Both the position numbers and the translations under genes were made by a program. Source: Nymphaea colorata (lineage: Eukaryota). From it: a stretch of DNA of 64,000 nucleotides. The stretch lies in the NCBI RefSeq assembly GCF_008831285.2, contig NC_045138.2, positions 31,744,001-31,808,000 on the forward strand. Reading direction: 5' to 3'. Under the pieces are notes generated by a model. It made no database searches. It had not been told where the DNA came from and saw only the letters and a list, made by a program, of their open reading frames with translations. Shown here piece after piece: positions 11,696 to 23,888 of this stretch. Position 1 is the stretch's first letter, and every line of letters begins with the position of its first letter.

Positions 11696-12987
11696 GCTGG
11701 CGGGGTCATGAAGAGACACATTTTTAATTCAGTTCCAATAGATACGATGTCCCGTCCAAGTAGTTGGAAGCATTCGATACCTAAATTGAATGGTGCCCTG
11801 TTACCATCACTAACTTGCTGATATAATCTAAAATCTACTTCCCTTGAGAAACAGATAGACATTAGCTAAAATAATGACAATATGCTTTAATGGCACAAGA
11901 TAATGATAAAAAAAGTAGCAACAGATGTTTTTTATTTATTTAAGTTAATAAAACTTACTCTAAACCCTTAATTTCTATAGATTTCATGAAAAGTGAAGCA
12001 AAATCAGGGAAATCACAAAAAATAACTTTTTTTTAATTATAATCACAAGGTTGGTTTGGAAATGGAGTTTTTCTGTAATGTAAATGACGTACTCTTATTG
12101 GTATGTTACCTTGTTAGCCATGGTTAATTTGACTAAATATTGTTGGATTTGTCATAAAAGTATTAGTAGTATGAACCAATTTGTTAAAATAATAAGTTGA
12201 AGATGGATGTATCAATTGTCTATTATGTCAAGGATGAACTAAGAAATAACCTTGATAGTCACACTGCTTACCTCATTCACTCAATCAAAATTGTCTTCCT
12301 TTTAATAACATAATACCAACACCCTTAGAAAGATAATGAACTAATTAGTTTTCAATTGCATTAATTAATTGCCTCTCCAATTACATTAATTAGTTTTCTT
12401 GTCTCCCTAACTACAGTAATCCTGATTTACATTAAAATATAAATTTGTATTAAATGCACACAAGCAAGGTGGATTGCAGAAATAAATTTGTCAAATGCCT
12501 ACAGGTCAAGAGTGGATTTGAATAAATTACTAAAATAATTTTTTTATTTTATAAGAAACATTTGCCTATGCTTGGTTGATGTTGTGACCCATTTCTTTTT
12601 TAAACTAAGTTCCAGAATGAAGTCAGGTCAGGAGGATTGGTGTAGCTAGTCGGACCAGGAGCAGAGGCGAAGTTGGAAATTTTTTATGAAGGGCTGAATT
12701 AAAGTTTATAAAATTTTAACATTTTTTAAAATATCATTTTTCAAAATTTTTATATCGAATAAGTAAAAAGTTTTAAAATTTACATGTTATTTTTTTAAAA
12801 TCAACAACAAACCAGGGTCATCTACTTGGACAGCCATTATATTTTAATTTTTTTAAATATCACGTTCCTCTCCCACCACCGCCGGCAGCGTGCCGGTGCT
12901 CTGCCAGTTCCCTCCCATTGCTGGAGCCCACCAGGGTGGAGGGGATGGAGGAACTGCAACTGCTCGGGCCAATGCTGGCGGGGGGAG

Positions 12988-13320
12988 TAGGGATGTCAAT
13001 ATATCCAATTCGAATCCGATATCCGATTGAACTCATCTGAAAAAAATTGAAAATTAAAAAAAAAAATATCAAATTAGGAAATCAGATCGGATTCAGATTT
13101 AATAAATGGCATCTGATCATATTCGGATCCATTTTTAAACAAACATCATGTATCTGATGCTATTAAATTTTGAAAATTGGTAAAATCCAGTTCAAAATTT
13201 GGATCTTGAATTGTAGAATCGGAGTTCTGATTCAGATATGTCTTTTTTTTATTCAAATTTGAATCCAATATGAATATAAAAAAAAATGGATATAATTAAG
13301 AATACATTGGATTCAAATCC
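12988..13320. mobile_element. Truncated ATCCGA-rich MITE
   Basis: Begins TAGGGATGTCAA; inverted copy of the 9805-10212 body. Confidence 0.65.
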
Positions 13321-14499
13321 AAGACAGGATTCGTGGGAGGGAGGAAGAAGGAAGAGAAAGATAGAGGGAGTGAGTGGGAAAATCTATGTAGTTCCGACAA
13401 CTCAGATTTGATGTCCAATTAAATGTGGAGCCATCATTTTAGTTTGCTTCTCTCTCTCTTTATATATATGTATATATATATAGATCGAGAGAGAGAGAGA
13501 GAAACTAACCTTTATGAAGGGGGACATCAAAATAACACCATTCGACCTGACGCGATTGGTCTCCGGTGACTTCCTTTCCCTCTATCCCTTGAACGCACAC
13601 CCTGTCTCGCCGCTTCTTCCCTCGATTTTCTCTATCGCCCAAAAATTAGAGAAGAAAACAATCATATTTCGCAGCTTCTCCCAGCTCTGTGTCTTAAACT
13701 CCGTCCAATCATGCCTGCCTGTATACAATGCATGGGCAGACGTAATTGAACTCCCCACTCAATGTGATGCAGTGTACTGTGGGAGGCCAGAACACAAGAG
13801 AAAGGAGAAGAAAAGAGAAGAGAGAAGCGGGGAGGGTGGCAGCAAAGTTAAGTTGCAGGAACTGTCAATGTCAGTACTTAACATTTAGAAGAAGAAAAAG
13901 GTAAAAAGTAAAAAAGGGAAGGTGGGTCACAAATACTTAGAGAAAGAAGTGTGGCAGCAATAAAGCTTGGCAATTATTTAAAATGCTTAATTTACAATAT
14001 CATTCTCTCTTCCAATCATATTGCACAACAGTCGTTTATTTAAGCAGTTTTGCAAATTATTCTGCAGCCTTAGTGTTTTCTTTTAAAAAATTGATGAAGT
14101 AACTGTAATTAATGTTTCTTGGTGACCAGCTAAGGGCATAGAAAGATCATTACAGCCTTCTTTTTTCAGAAAAGAAGAGAAAAGGAAAAAAATTGCTACC
14201 CTTGTTGTTTGGAAACTGCAATTAAATCTCATCTTTAAAACATGCATTTTTCAAAGGGTGCTACAATATTGCAAGAAGCAACATAGTTTCCAAACGAAGA
14301 TCGTTATTTATAACATGATCTCAACTATTCTTGGCAAAAATGTTGGCAAGAGTGTGTACTATTTAGCAAAAAAAGAGTCAGGAAAGATACTATTTTGTAA
14401 TTCTGTCCGTAGGATGGCACCACTTTGCAATAGATATGCAGAAGCACAGGCGTCATTTAAAGAATGGTGCTCAAAATCGTCGTTTCCTATACCCCACCT

Positions 14500-14810
14500 G
14501 TGTGTAAAGAGAGAGAGCGAAGGCCCCCACATCGTTCTGCACCATCATCATCATACTCTCGATCTCGATCACCAACCCATTGAAATTGGTCTGGAGAGCA
14601 AGAAAGGAAGCTCACCATTTCCATCAATCCTATTCCTGATCTTCTCTCTCTCTATCTCTCTCTAATAAATTGGAGGAGAAAATATCTTTTCAAGACACTT
14701 TTGACTATCGAGTTTGGAGTTTGATCTTTTCTACGCTTTAAAGGCAGTCCAAGGGTTTTTCTGTGGAGGCGATATGGTCTTTCCCGTCCCCAAATTCTGC
14801 CTCCGTCGAG
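14500..14810 (+). promoter_or_regulatory. Probable promoter and non-coding first exon of the CID5/6-like gene
   Basis: GGCCCCCAC (TCP-like) site, CT-rich leader, donor CGAG|GTGGGT at 14810/14811 followed by ~3 kb of T-rich intron-like sequence up to acceptor GGCAG at 17789. Confidence 0.45.
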
Positions 14811-17800
14811 GTGGGTTATTGGTTTCGATACCCAAGGCTCAGTTTTCGTTTGAGTTTGCGCTTCTTTGTTGGTCGCCTTTCCTTTGCTCAATTGCATCAT
14901 GACTGTTGAGTTGTCCCCGAGATCCTGCTGGTGATCTTGCTGGTTTTGCTTCTTTCGATGGATCGCCATTTGGGTAGCTTCAATCTTGCGGTTTGTTGTA
15001 TGATTGGTTGCACCAATTCTTCATTGTTTGGAAATTTTTGTTTCTCTTATTCATTCTGCGTACGATTTCCTAGCCAGCACGAGAATTTTTGTGTTTTTTT
15101 CTTTTCACTTTATTCAATTCTTGGCGAGCAAAGATTGTTAAAATCAAATTCTTTTTGACACATATAAAGACGTAGGGTCGCTATTATGATGCCAATGTAA
15201 TGGTTATGGAAAAAGTGGCAGTTATTCTCATCTTCCTTTATTCTCGCGGGGAATATGGACGTATTCATCAATTATAGTTTGGTGCTTTACATGGATGGTT
15301 AGTTAGGTAAACCTTTATTGTGATTTTGCTGCATTGGTTTTGATTTTGTTATATCCTTCAATCTTGTATCTGTTGCACATTCAGTATTCTCGATTATGTA
15401 AGGAATTTCTTGCCGATTGTTCATTACTAGTATTCTTTTTTTCACTCTGAAGTAGGATTTCCATGATAGACATCTTTTAGTGTCAGTATCTGTCGCGGTT
15501 AGAGTTGCAACTTAATTTCAATCTAGCAGCCCATCACGGGATGTTGCAACCTTGTTAGCTACATTGAACATGTTGAATGGGCCTCGTTTTTGCTTTCTGA
15601 CTTTGCTGCTTTTACTTTTTAGCATTCAATAATGTCAATCAAGAGAACAAAAAGCAGTGAAGAATTTCTGCATTTTTGAACAGATAAGAATATTGTTTCA
15701 TAATCAAATAACAGAAGGTTTATATTCGTTTCCTTATGTTGGTATTTGTATCTGTTCCAAAGTTCGACACAGAGCTGGGATTGTGAATTGTGTCTCATGG
15801 TTGGAGTAGTATCCCTGTTTCTATCTAAGATAAACTGTTAGATTTTTTTCAGTATAGACTCTAACTTCATTGATATAAATAGGAATGCTGATGCTGGGGA
15901 ACGAATATTTTGTTACTTTTGCCAGAAATTTACATGGGCAGCCCCATTTTGTTTTGCTGAACTGCTTTGTTCCACTGGTGCTATTTGTTTTTCCAATGGT
16001 TTGCTGTCCAAACTTGGAAGCATTTTGTAATGACATAAATGGACAATTAAAATATTTTCTCTGTTTAGGCTTTAATCTTTGTTGCCACAGAAGTAATTCA
16101 CTCTCCAAAAGCAAAGATTGAGTGGAAATCTACAGCTTCAGAACACGTAAGAGAAACTTTGTTCTTTTCCTTTTAATGGTTTCATTATTTTATTATGGAA
16201 AATGCCTGTTTTTATTTGTTTTCTCCATTGCCAATGTGAATTTCAGCTGGCAAAAATGGAGAAAGGAAAAATATAAGTCCATTTGCAACTCAAAAATCAT
16301 CCTATTTACAACTTTTGGAACATTACTCTCATGACATTTTTCAGTGTTTCTCCCTTGTGTATTGTTTTGTAGCTCTTTTATTTTTTTTTTGTGTTTGAAG
16401 TCTGGTGAACCCCCTGATAATAGACAGTTGGTCAAAGTCCAAATTACACCATACTATGGGTCCGGATACAAATGCTGGCACTAGTCCAAGGTCTAACTGG
16501 GTCTCTTTAAACCTCAAATCACACGTCTGTGCACGCCAGGAATTGCTAAGTCCAAGGTATCCTTGGAGGTCGGTACTCACACACTTCTAATTAGTCCTTT
16601 GGGTCTTTTACTGCTTCTGTTGGCTGGTAGTTTGACAGCAAGTCCAGTTTCATTTTGTGCCCTGAAATGCTTTAAATTTGAGTGAAAGGTAAAATTTTCA
16701 AATGTAACTTCTATTTTATAGGATATAAAGCCCACAACCTCTCATAGTGAAAGCAATTATGTACTTATCTTTGTGGAATGAGAGGCATGAATTTCAGGAA
16801 TTTGCCAAATACACTTCATATATAAATGTTTCTAAACATGTGCCCTTCCGGCTACTTTTTCTGGCTCCGCCACTGGTGTGTGTGCATGTGTGTGTGTGTA
16901 TATATTATAACTAGCACGACGTTCATGGAGATTTTGGATTTCAAATCATTTCATGGATGTAACTTTATGCACATACTAGTGAACCGCACGGCCTATCACA
17001 AATGCAATTCACATTCTCTTGGGGCAAATTCATTGTGCAGCATTATTTGAATTTCACCTAGGAAGAAGAGATTTAATCAAGTTGCCTTGGTGGAAATAAT
17101 CATATAGCATGACCGAAAAATGGAACAAGTGTAGGCTATCTCCAAGCATGGTCATGCCAAGATCAGCAATGAGACCAAAGGCTATCTGGAGAAACAATGA
17201 AGTATAACAACTAATCATGCATGAGCACAAAAGTGGTTCGGACTCCCAAGGGATTTGTGGGACTAGAATAAGCCCACATGTGGCTACACCACTGACAGAC
17301 ACATTCTCTCTCTTTCTGGTTTAGAACGAAGCAGTGTCTGGTGCAATCGCTCTTATCATGAACCAAAAATCACTTGCATAATGATAGTTCACCTCTACCA
17401 ATAACCCGCTATGGGGATATCACATTTGACTACGTTGGAGATAAGTTGGTCTTGTTTGAGTTTGTCCTTTCCAGATAAGCTGTCTTTAGAAATACTTGCT
17501 GTGTCATGCCATGTCATGCTTTGCCTTTCTATTTCCCTTAGGAATTTACAAGATGGAACCTGGCCAGAGATTGGGCTGCTTTTCTCAGTGGCAGATTTTT
17601 TATTTCCTCAGATTCCTCCAGATTGACTTATTTCAAGCTTTTTTTTTCTGAATAAAACGAAATTTAGAATCTGTACATGAAAGTGTTCGGCAGGTTTTGT
17701 GCAGAAAATCTTGAGTTCTAGAGAGATAACCAGACTAGTACTTATACATGAAGTTCTGATGCATTCATTGTTTCTGACATGATTGGCAGTGCCTTTTGCA

Positions 17801-17820
17801 TGTTGAGAAAGCCAAATGCA

Positions 17821-18748
17821 ATGGAGTCTAAGAAGTCTCAGTTGAATCCTAATGCTCCAGTATTCATACCTCGTTCACAGCAGGCTTCACAGGAAAAGGG
17901 TGGAACCCATGAAGGTATTCCTGCAGATTCGAAAGTTCTTGGCAGTACATGTGGACAACCAAGTGGTGCTCCTTTTGCGCCTAATGAATTGTCAGATATT
18001 GAACCATTTGGTTCAGAAGAATTCTCAGAGGTGGCTCATGAATTTTTTGGGTTGACGGAAGACCCATTTCCAGCTGAGAATATTGAGCAGCAGTCCAACA
18101 GGATGGGTGATGATAATAGTGCTATGAGGTCCTTGGCTGTTAAGTTCCCGGGCTACTCAGAGGAATCCATACTTGATGTATATGCTGCAAATGACGGAGA
18201 CATGGAGGCCACAATTGAGATGCTGGCACAACTGGAGGTACTATAATAGCATGTAGGATCACATCCCGCACGAACACAAACAAAAATATTATACATATGC
18301 AAGCATTTTTATATGGCCGTACAGAAATGAGTTATTGCTTCTGTTAGATGTTAATATCTGGCCTTCCATGCCCAGAAGCCAATGGTTAGTGTATCCTCAT
18401 CTATTGTCGCTATTATGCACCATATCCAAGTCAATTTAGAATAATCTCTTTGACCTGCATTGTTCCAGTATCAGCTGGCTGCAGGTTGGTACTGGTTAAT
18501 GCTAGAATATCATATGCATCAACATTGGCTGCAGTTGAAAGCTGGCACGCATATACATCAGCTTCTTTACATTTCACTGACATATTTGGCTATCTAACCT
18601 TTTCATTGCTCGCATATATTTGCAGACATTTGGAACTGTGGACAGCCTTCCTGACACACTCGGCATTGGAGACACATCAACTACCTGGCCTCCAGATGAC
18701 CGCATACCAAGTTCGTCAAGTGACCCTGGCAGTTCCTCGGGTTATTAG
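17821..18748 (+). CDS. Poly(A)-binding-protein-interacting protein, CID5/CID6 type (PAM2 + CUE), ~179 aa
   Basis: Exon 17821-18237 (in-frame ATG also at 17800) with PAM2 SQLNPNAPVFIP and CUE-like FPGYSEESILDVYAANDGDMEATIEMLAQLE; donor GAG|GTA; exon 18626-18748 after TTTGCAG encodes TFGTVDSLPDTLGIGD...GY*, matching the LPDTLDIGD tail recalled for this family. Confidence 0.9.
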
Positions 18749-20856
18749 CTGGACATTTTGATGCTATGGCAGCAACGCTTTGAGCAATGATCTTGTAGCA
18801 TATTCAACAACTTCCGGTTCATTCCTTCTTCAGAGTGGGATTTGGGTTTCTGTCAATAAGAAGGAAGTGTTACCTTGTAAGTTTCATACAAATCGTGATG
18901 TCAAAATCAAGTCCATCTTTTGTACAATCAATCTTGTGATGTCAGTTTGTTGGTAAGAGCCCCACTCTAAAAATGCAAATTAATGATGCTTTCGGTGTGT
19001 TTCTTCTAATTTCTCTTTGGTACATGTTGTCTTGGAGAATCAAGAATGACAAAATTGTTCACCCTTCCACTTTTACTCTTTCTTCATTTTTCCTGGTTCT
19101 CTTTTTCTCCTTTTTTGGGAACAAAAGAAGCTATCGTGCATTTTGGACTATGTTCTGAAGGTTTGCAACCAATATCTTGTTTTTCCGGTTCATAAAAAAT
19201 AATAGCCTCACTTGGGCTTGGTGATGAGAGAGAGGCACATATTTTGTGCGTCAAGGTTTTGACCAACAAATCTAGTCGGGCGCATTACCAATCTATTGTG
19301 CATCGTGTTCTTTAAGTTGGCCTTGGTCTAACTTTGCTTTGCATCAAGATATGTAAATCACTCGTTTGCAGCTCTGTGCATATGGATTCAGGACATGGTT
19401 CCACTGCCTGAAATCACGGAAATCTTGTCCTGCCTGGGATGTCCAATCCTTGATTAAGTCACCAATTTAACTTGCTGCCATTCAAAACTACTGCATAATA
19501 ACGATTAATTGTTTGTATTTCCTTTAAGGAGATGGAACAGTTGCTGGATGACGGTGATATACCGCACAATTGGTTGTTCGTTTTTTACAAAGAATGACTT
19601 TAGATTCTGAGTTCAAACTTGTTAGACTTGTGTGACCTTAAGTCCGGTTTAGCTTAGCTTGAACTCTCCTAGTTTGAAGCTAAGCTCAGGCTTGACTCTT
19701 TTACAAAATTAGGCCAAGACTAACTTCAATTTCACTTATACAAACAAGCCAAATTTTGAAGACTTCATCTCCGTCAATTTCTTCCTCACTTTAAAAAAAA
19801 ATTAATGAATTTAGCTTTTTCTTTCTTACGGTCAATGAACCGTTTTAACAGCAACAGCTGTTTGTCCTCCAAAAGTGAGCAGGAAAATTAAACGCGATAA
19901 TAGAAAACCAAGGAGAATGAAATGGAAAATTGAAATGAGAATAACAGATTTTGCTTTTCTGTGAAGGAAATTTCATCAAGCTTCCTTTTTAAAGTATATC
20001 AACAAGTTAAATAGTCTGCAAGAGTGTATACACACTGTATTCGATCTGGCTATGTATTGATATACAACATTGCATTCCAGCTAAATGTATGGTGGCGATG
20101 AAACACTGTCTTAGCTTTGAACACTTAGCTTCCTACAATTTGAACGGTTTTAGGTAAACCCACCCTCACCAGCAAAGTGGATACGTACCCAAGTTGCATG
20201 AGATTGGTAAAGGGATCTAATTTCTCTGCATTTGATACCTATGACCATAAATGTATGAGATTTGTAACAAGGAGTTAGTTTCTCTGCGCTTGGTAGCTAT
20301 GATCATAAAATTGCTGTATTTGGGAGATGGGAACTTATGATAACAAATTGAATACGAACCTATGATAATAAATTGCAGTGCTTGGGAGAAGGGAAAGAAT
20401 ATACTGCAAAGTGCAAACTATTTTCAACTCATGGTAGAGAGAGAGAGAGAGAGAGAAGTGTCGCGTGGAGAATTTTGGAGGAACAGTTTTAAATTAATGG
20501 CCGAGATGTGCTTCTGTAAGACAGAGAGAGAAAGAGAGAGAGATTTTAACAGTTTTAAAGAAGTGGCCCATACGTGTGCGTGAGAGATGGATAGAGAGAG
20601 AGGGAGGAACAGCTTTTAACATCATATAAAAAAAATAAAGAAACTAATGGCAAGAAGGCAACTTGAAATTGGGTGCTCTAAATTAGGGCACTTGAATCAT
20701 TGATCAGTTATTTGATGGTCTGCTCCAATTATATATAGTAAGAATTAAGCTTTTCCATTTTTTTTTGACTCCCCATGTTTTTTTTTTTCTGTTGATTTGG
20801 GGAGGATGAAAATTGGTGCCCTTTGTTGAGGATCAAAGGGAAAGTGTGGGGTGGGA

Positions 20857-21025
20857 ATGGGGGTGGATTATTACAACGTGCTGCAGGTGGAAAAGGAGGC
20901 CAACGAGGAAGATGTGAAGAAGGCATACAGGAGGCTGGCCATGAAATGGCACCCCGACAAGAATCCCAACAACAAGAACGAAGCCGAAACCAAGTTCAAG
21001 CAGATCTCTGAGGCATATGAAGTAC

Positions 21026-21091
<66 letters not shown>

Positions 21092-22948
21092 TCAAAGAAA
21101 ACGTGAAATCTTTCAATCTTACCTGACTTCTATCTCTGAGGCATATGATTGCTAAGAAAAGACAGGAAGACGAAAGTTACACCATCATATTCCTTAAATG
21201 TGAAATGCTTATAACTGTCAGGTGGTTTAATTATATATTTTCAATCATCTTTGAAAAGCTAATCATACCGGTGTATCTTTATGTCAAGAAGTATAGAAAT
21301 TGACGCAAAAGTCATATTCTTTTAACCAACGTAGGATAAATTTTATAAATCAGAAAATTTTGATACTTACCTCTTGAAGCCTTAATGAATTTTTACGTGT
21401 ATTTGGATGCTTTGAATATAAACATCACATTCACATGGCAAATATTGTAAGAATCGGAGCGAAATGCATCTCTATGTATTAAGATGACCTTTTTTTCCTC
21501 TCTCTAGGTGTTGAGCGATCCAGAGAAGAGAGCAGTGTACGACCAATATGGGGAGGAAGGGCTCAAGGGCCAGATCCCGACTGCGGGCGCCGGCGGGCGC
21601 GGTGGATCCGACGATTCCGGCACCTTTGCCTTCAATCCAAGAAATGCAGAGGACATATTTGCTGAGTTCTTCGGCAGCAGCCCCTTCGACTTCATGTCCG
21701 TCGGCCATGGCTTCAGATCAGCTCGTTATGGCCCGGACTCCGGCTTGTTCAGAAGAGCTGAAGGAATGTTCAGATCGTTCTCCGAGAGCGGCACATCTGC
21801 GAGCTGTGCGCCGTTGAGGAAACCGCCGCCGGTGGAGAGCAAACTGCCCTGCAGTCTGGAGGAACTCTACACAGGGTCCACAAGGAAGATGAAGATATCC
21901 AGGAAGGTCTTTGATAAGCTATCAGGGTAAATGCTTCCCCTCATGTCTCTCCTTGTTCAGGGCCTGACTTGGCTAACGGGTCAGATCCATTTTTCAACTT
22001 CGATGCGAACTCTCCAAACAACTCTAACTAAAATAAACTTATATGTTGCGTTTCATAGCTCCGAGACTGCACAAAATTTTTCTTTTTTGGGACTGAAGAT
22101 CTCAATAGCATTGGAATTGAAATGTATGTCACATGTTTTTTTTATTTTTTATTTTTTATTTTTTGTTTGTTGTAAATTTACTTTTGTGTTGTTCTCACTT
22201 ATTTTACTTTTCTCTCATTTTTAGTTTTTTTTAATTTTTAAAAGTTTACTATCTTTTTTTCTTTTTTTTTTTCAAACTCACCGTATTATACCCACTCACC
22301 GTCTAAAACTTCAGAACATTATTTGTAATTATACTTTGTACAAATCACTGGACACCATATTCTTGGATATGGGTCTTGATAAATTTTGATGGTCAAAGGT
22401 TCATGTTACAATTTACCATGTTTAGAGGCTTCATAGCAACTATGAGATGGAAAAGATTTTGTGTGGATTTGGATCTGATCCGAGAACTTGCTGCATTTTC
22501 CGACAGGAAGATGGTTCCAGAACAGGAGGTGCTCACCATTGAAGTGAAGCCTGGTTGGAAGAAGGGGACGAAGATCACGTTCCCGGACAAGGGAAACGAG
22601 CAACCGAACCAGGCGGCTGCGGACCTCGTCTTCGTGATCGACGAGAAGCCACACGCGGTGTTCAAGAGGGACGGCAACGATCTTAGAGTGAGCCGCAGCG
22701 TCACGCTTGTTGAAGCTTTGACAGGAAGCACGGTGGTGGAGCTGACCACTCTGGACGGCCGGGAGCTGGCCGTTCCGGTGACGGACGTGATCAGCCCCGG
22801 GTATGAATGGGTTGTTGCCGAAGAGGGGATGCCTATAACCAAGGAGCCAGGTCGGAAGGGTGAGCTGAGAATCACGTTTGATGTCAAGTTCCCGGCGAGG
22901 CTGACGCCTGAGCAGAAAGCTGGCATGAAGAGAATACTGGGAGGATAA
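20857..22948 (+). CDS. Class B (type II) DnaJ/Hsp40 co-chaperone, 341 aa
   Basis: Exons 20857-21021, 21508-21926, 22507-22948, all GT-AG and in phase. J-domain with HPD (KWHPDKNP), G/F-rich linker, [11 protein letters not shown] and [13 protein letters not shown]-terminal domain; no zinc finger. Confidence 0.97.
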
Positions 22949-23888
22949 TCCATCAGACTGGGTCCAAATCTCTCGTAAAGAACAGTTTTCGTGGCTAGAC
23001 CTGATCGGCTGCAAACATGTTGCCAGAAGGATCCTACATCGGTCAATCTCATCGGCCATTATTTCATGATGGGAGCCGTCAAAATTACGCTAATAATGCT
23101 TACAATTTCAGTAGTTTATAAAAAAGGTAGTGATTGAGACTAGTATTTGTATGGAAAAGTCAGTGTTGGCGAATGATTAAAATGTAAATTTTTGTCTCTA
23201 AAATACTATAAATCGTCAATATAACCAACATAAACCTTTGTTGCAACATAAATTATAGCCAACAACAATTTAATAAATCTTTTAACAACGGCTTTTTTTT
23301 TTTAAGTTTAACCATCCGGTACATGCACTACCCGTATTTATATATGTCACAACTGATTGATATCAAACTACAACAAATAAGTTTCAGCATTTTCCGGCGA
23401 GACAATTTCAGGAGGATTGGAAAAGAAAAGTGGCTTCATGCACTCCATCAACTCCCTTGATTTAAACTTTGTATAACCAAATATCAGTATTCAACAGGCA
23501 CACTAAGATGAGGTTCAAATTTTCGAAAAGAAATGAGTTGTCAAGACGACAACATTGTCCTACTAAATCAATTAGATCCACGACATGTTGCTGGAAAAGA
23601 ATATGATAATATATCCATATCGTGCAACCTTGTGGCATTATCTACAGTCATATGTTCAGCAGAAGTCCTCAACACTGGAATCAAGTGAAAAGGCTTTGGA
23701 TAATAACAATATGGGGCATATGTGCAAGCACATTGAAGGCCAACTCAAAAGGAATTGTTTTGGAATCAAACAACACATACGTTTACAGAGATCCAACACC
23801 TTTGGAAAACCAGTGGCACGAAGCTTTGCACCAACCCCAACAGTCGTTGGAATGGTTTTAGTTCCACAGAATTTCAGAAACAGAAGTA

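Noticed and set aside
13514..13888. 124-aa ORF and possible CT/GA fold-back
   Set aside because: No domain or splice support; pairing is limited to low-complexity purine/pyrimidine tracts.
22393..23059. Two ~218-aa minus-strand ORFs
   Set aside because: Antisense shadows of the GC-rich DnaJ exon 3; no motifs.
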